Below, one piece after another: positions 59,943 through 64,000 of a stretch of 64,000 nucleotides of DNA. The notes under the pieces were generated by a model. The model saw only the letters and a list, made by a program, of their open reading frames with translations. It was not told where the DNA came from and made no database searches. Numbering within the stretch: position 1 is the stretch's first letter; the number at the start of each line of letters is the position of its first letter. A program made the translations under genes and the position numbers. Origin of the DNA: Chiloscyllium plagiosum (lineage: Eukaryota); NCBI RefSeq assembly GCF_004010195.1, contig NC_057751.1, positions 14,277,483-14,341,482 of the forward strand, written 5' to 3'.

Positions 59943-61827
59943 TTCTGTTACGTCATCCTCCCCACTTGTCATCCACAAAGATGGTGACAGTCCATTCAGT
60001 TACGTTATCCAAACTAACTGTAGCACCAGCACTGAATTCCAGGCTGTCCACTCATTACAGGGTTGCCATCCTGAAAATGACCCCAAAGCTCAACTCAGTC
60101 GTCTTCTGTCAGTCAGCTAATCCTCAAACCTGTTGTTGTTTTCAAGGGTTTAGGTAGCCACCTGAAGTTTCAAGAGAAGGCAAGTGAACTACCAAGATGC
60201 AATCTTGCCAAAACTGGTTGGGTTCACAAGTCGACCCAGAGATCAGAAGCATTAATGGGAATACCGGACCTCCAGTTGGAAGTCTGCAGGTAAGCTGGCC
60301 CACAATGTGTTGCTCACCGGTTTTACTGGTTTTTGGGACTGTAACATCCAGCAAGGCGTGAAGCTGGGGGTGACGTCACTTTGGCCAGGTCCTGTCTTAA
60401 CTTGACACACCTGAGCTGGAGACAGGTCACAGCCTCCCTGAGACCACCCCCAGCTCTCCGCCTACTTCCTCAAGCACAGTTGGAAGTGGGGCATCTTGTC
60501 GCTCAGTGGGGTAGTGTCCTTGCCTCTGAGCCATAAGCAGCCCTGGGTTGGAATCCCACACCAGGATTTGAGAACTGAGGATACTGAATTCTCAATGAGG
60601 CTGAACAGGGTTGAAGGTCAAATTCTGAATGCTTCCAGCAGATGCCAAAGGGCAGTGGGTGCGGAAGTGGGAGAGATTGCTGGTCAGCCCCATGATGACA
60701 AAAATAAAACCCCCGGGGTGCTCCACCCCCTGGGTGTAACATGGTGGACACTGTTCTCCCAGCAACCCAAGGTGGTGTTGGGCTGGAATAGGTGTGAACA
60801 GCACAGGGCTCGATCCCAGTTTGAGCTGGGGTGGATTGGAGACCTGTCTCCTTGCCCTACATGTCATGGGCTGACCTGTCTGTAGGCATGACCTCTGAAA
60901 GCCCAACCTTCTCTCATGCTTTCTGTGCGCCCTGCATTGCTGGGCTGGGGGATGTCATTATCTGAGATGGGTGAGGGGTCAGGAGGGTGTAGGCAGCAAT
61001 TCTCTCCCTCCTGGGAGCACCAACTCTCCAGATGGTGTTGGTTCACACCAGGGTTACAGACTGGAACCTGCCAACCTCTGAGGCCACAGTGCCCCAGCAA
61101 GGCAATGACAGAAATGCCAAGGGCGATCACCCAGCAGGGTGAGGGTTCGGAAGTCTTGCAGTCGTGCTGGCACTGTGATCATGCTGTGAGGTGGATGTAT
61201 TCGAGGGTTCTGTACGAATGGAGGAGTTAGCAAAGTGACTAAGGGCAAGACTCTTGACAGTGTGGTGTGCAATATGTGGATTGACCCTAAAAGCTTGTGT
61301 TCCGTCAGGAATTTCTTCCTGAACTTGTCTGTGTGCTTGGAACTATCCTCCTGGTGCAATGTGTCTGACTCTGCAGGGAGTGAATATCTCTCCTTCTCTC
61401 GTCCTCTCCTATCGAAGTACACACTCTGAAAACCTTTTGCTGCACAAATCCACCCAGTTCAGCAGCTGCAGTGCCCCTATCCCCTTTCAGAAGTGAAAGC
61501 TGCCTTTACGTAGTGCTGGAATATCAGGCCAATGAAGTGTGTGGATGGGACTGACTCGACGTCACTCAAACCTCACTCTCTCAGCTTCCTGGTCATGAAC
61601 TGCATCACTCGCAGTCAGTGAACCCCACACTTGATGCACAGAGTATAATTTCAGTGGGTCACTCAGCTGGGAGTTGTGCGAGCAGAATGGGGGGTTGGGG
61701 AGGGTAAGGTGGTGGTGGTGGTGTGGGGTCAGTGGCTTGTTGAGGAGCACTCTAGCCCTCCTTCGGGTCTCATCTCCTCCTTCAATGGCTCCTGTTGGCC
61801 GAAGAGAGAGCAGTCCCAAAATCAAGT

Positions 61828-63490
61828 TCTCTCACTCTCACTCACACTCTCTCACTGTGTGTGTGTATGTGTGTCTCTCTCTTACTCTCTCTCACACACT
61901 CTCACTGTGTGTGTGTGTGTGTGAGTGTGTGTGTCTCTCTCTTACTCTCTCTTACTGTGTGTGTCTCTCTCTCTTAGTCTCTCTCACACTCTCTCACTGT
62001 GTGTGTGTGTGTCTCTCTCTCTTACTCACTCTCACACTCTCTCACTGTGTGTGTGTGCGTCCCTCTCTCTTACTCTCTCTCACACACTCTCACAGTGAGA
62101 GAGTTTGAGAGAGACGAAGAGAGAGAGACACACACAGTGAGTGTGTGTGTCTCTCTCTTTCACTCACTGTGTGTGTCTCTCTCTTTCACTCACTGTGTGT
62201 GTCTCTCACTTTCACATTCTCTCACTGTGTGTGTGTCTCACTCTCTCTCACTGTGTGTGTGTGTGTCCCTCACACACACTCACTGTGTGTGTCTCTCACT
62301 GTGTGTGTGTGTGTCCCTCACACTCTCTCTCACTCTCTCACTGTGTGTGTCTCTCTCTCTCTCACTGTGTGTGTGCGTCTCTCTCTCACTGTGTGTGTGC
62401 GTCTCTCTCTCACTGTGTGTGTGCGTCTCTCTCTCACTGTGTGTGTGCGTCTCTCTCTCACTGTGTGTGTGCGTCTCTCTCTCACTGTGTGTGTGCGTCT
62501 CTCTCTCACTGTGTGTGTGCGTCTCTCTCTCACTGTGGGTGTCTCTCTCTCTCTCACTGTGTGTGTGCGTCTCTCTCTCTCACTGTGTGTGCGTCTCTCT
62601 CTCTCTCACTCTTACTGTGTGTGTGCGTCTCTCTCACTGTGTGTGCGTCTCTCTCACTGTGTGTGCGTCTCTCTCACTGTGTGTGTGCGTCTCTCTCTCA
62701 CTGTGTGTGTGCGTCTCTCACTGTGTGTGTGCGTCTCTCTCTCACTGTGTGTGTGCGTCTCTCTCTCACTGTGTGTGTGCGTCTCTCTCTCACTGTGTGT
62801 GTGTGTGCATCTCTCTCTCTCTCACTGTGTGTGCGTCTCTCTCTCTCTCACTGTGTGTGTGCGTCTCTCTCTCTCTCTCACTGTGTGTGTCCCTCACACT
62901 CTCTCTCACTCTCTCACTGTGTGTGTCTCTCTCACTCTCTCACTGTGTGTGTGCGTCTCTCTCTCTCTCTCACTGTGTGTGTGTGTCCCTCACACTCTCT
63001 CTCACTGTGTGTGTGTCTCACTCTCACTCTCTCACTGTGTGTGCGTCTCTCTCTCTCTCACTCTCACTGTGTGTATGCGTCTCTCTCTCTCTCACTGTGT
63101 GTCCCTCACACTCTCACTCTCTCACTGTGTGTGTCTCTCTCTCACTGTGTGTGTGTCCCTCACACTCTCTCTCACTCTCTCACTGTGTGTGTGTCCCTCA
63201 CACTCTCACTCTCTCACTGTGTGTCTCTCTCACTCTCTCACTGTGTGTGCGTCTCTCTCTCTCACTGTGTGTGTCCCGCACACTCTCTCTCACTCTCTCA
63301 CTGGGTATCTCTCTCTCACTCTCTCACTGTGTGTGCGTCTCCCTCTCTCACTGTGTGTGTGTCCCTCACACTCTCTCACACTCTCTCACTGTGTGTGTGT
63401 CTTTCTCTCACTCTCACTGTGTGTGTCTCTATCACTCACTCTGTGTGTGTGTGTGTCTCTCTCTCTCTCCCTCTCTCTCTCACTCTCACT
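61828..63490. repeat. Compound (CT)n/(GT)n simple-repeat array, ~18-24-bp higher-order unit
   Basis: Repeated ctctctcactgtgtgtgtgcgt with variable dinucleotide counts. Confidence 0.95.
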
Positions 63491-64000
63491 GGCTGATCAT
63501 CCAACTGTGTACCCTGTTCCTCATTCAATATGATCGTAGGCTGATCATCCAACTGTGTTCCCTGTTCCTCATTCCATATGATCATAAGCTAATCATCCAA
63601 CTGTGTTCCCTGTTCCTCATTCAATATGATCGTAGGCTGATCATCCAACTGTGTACCCTGTTCCTCATTCCATATGATCTTAGGGTGATCATCAAACTGT
63701 GTACCCTGTTCCTCATTCAATACGATCATAGGCTAATCATCCAACTGTCTTCCCTGTTCTTCATTCAATATGATTTTAGAGTGATCATCAAACTGTGTAC
63801 CCTGTTCCTCATTTCATATGATCTTAGGGTGATCATCCAACTGTGTACCCTGTTCCTCATTCAATACGATCATAGGCTGATCATCCAACTGTGTTCCCTG
63901 TTCCACATTCAATATGATCGTAGGCTGATCATCCAACTGTGTACCCTGTTCCTCATTCAATATGATCATAGGCTAATCATCAAACTGTGTACCCTGTTCC
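63491..64000. repeat. 48-bp tandem repeat, at least 10 copies, running off the window
   Basis: Unit ggctgatcatccaactgtgtaccctgttcctcattcaatatgatcgta starting at 63491, 63539, 63587 and onward. Confidence 0.95.

Noticed and set aside
60400..61800. GC-richer stretch with several 80-130 aa ORFs, possible DNA-transposon remnant
   Set aside because: No motif could be assigned with confidence; a BLASTX/HMM search would be needed.
62141..63533. 451-aa and 462-aa ORFs
   Set aside because: Stop-free translations of the CT/GT simple-repeat array.
63491..64000. CRISPR-like regular repeats (also 46877-47037)
   Set aside because: Head-to-tail units with no unique spacers, eukaryotic context, and no cas genes.
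29500..64000. Exons of a downstream host gene (ANK1 follows KAT6A in human)
   Set aside because: No ankyrin-like or other recognisable host coding exon or CpG-island promoter was seen; small first exons could be missed.

Overview
Vertebrate genomic DNA, almost certainly from an elasmobranch (shark/ray), judged from HE1-type V-SINEs and HER1/CR1-type LINE tails. The + strand carries the last five coding exons of the MYST histone acetyltransferase KAT6A (MOZ/MYST3): 3344-3575, 3965-4145 (or 4160), 8717-8998, 15774-16065 and 24301-26882. All splice phases are consistent. A ~2.5 kb TE-free 3'UTR follows, with a likely poly(A) signal at 29418. The introns and the ~34 kb downstream are a mosaic of CR1/HER1 LINE fragments, three SINE types, solo-LTR-like elements, Penelope-like elements (PLEs), micro/minisatellites and two assembly gaps. 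No second host gene was recognised. The most striking hidden signal is a set of >15 minimal type-I hammerhead ribozyme motifs (CUGANGA-N-stemII-GAAA-palindrome-UH). They sit in the 3' terminal repeats of four distinct PLE-type families, show family-specific compensatory stems, and often occur as ~130-170 bp stand-alone units or hairpins flanked by target-site duplications. Family names and homologies are from recognition, not database searches, and TE boundaries are approximate.
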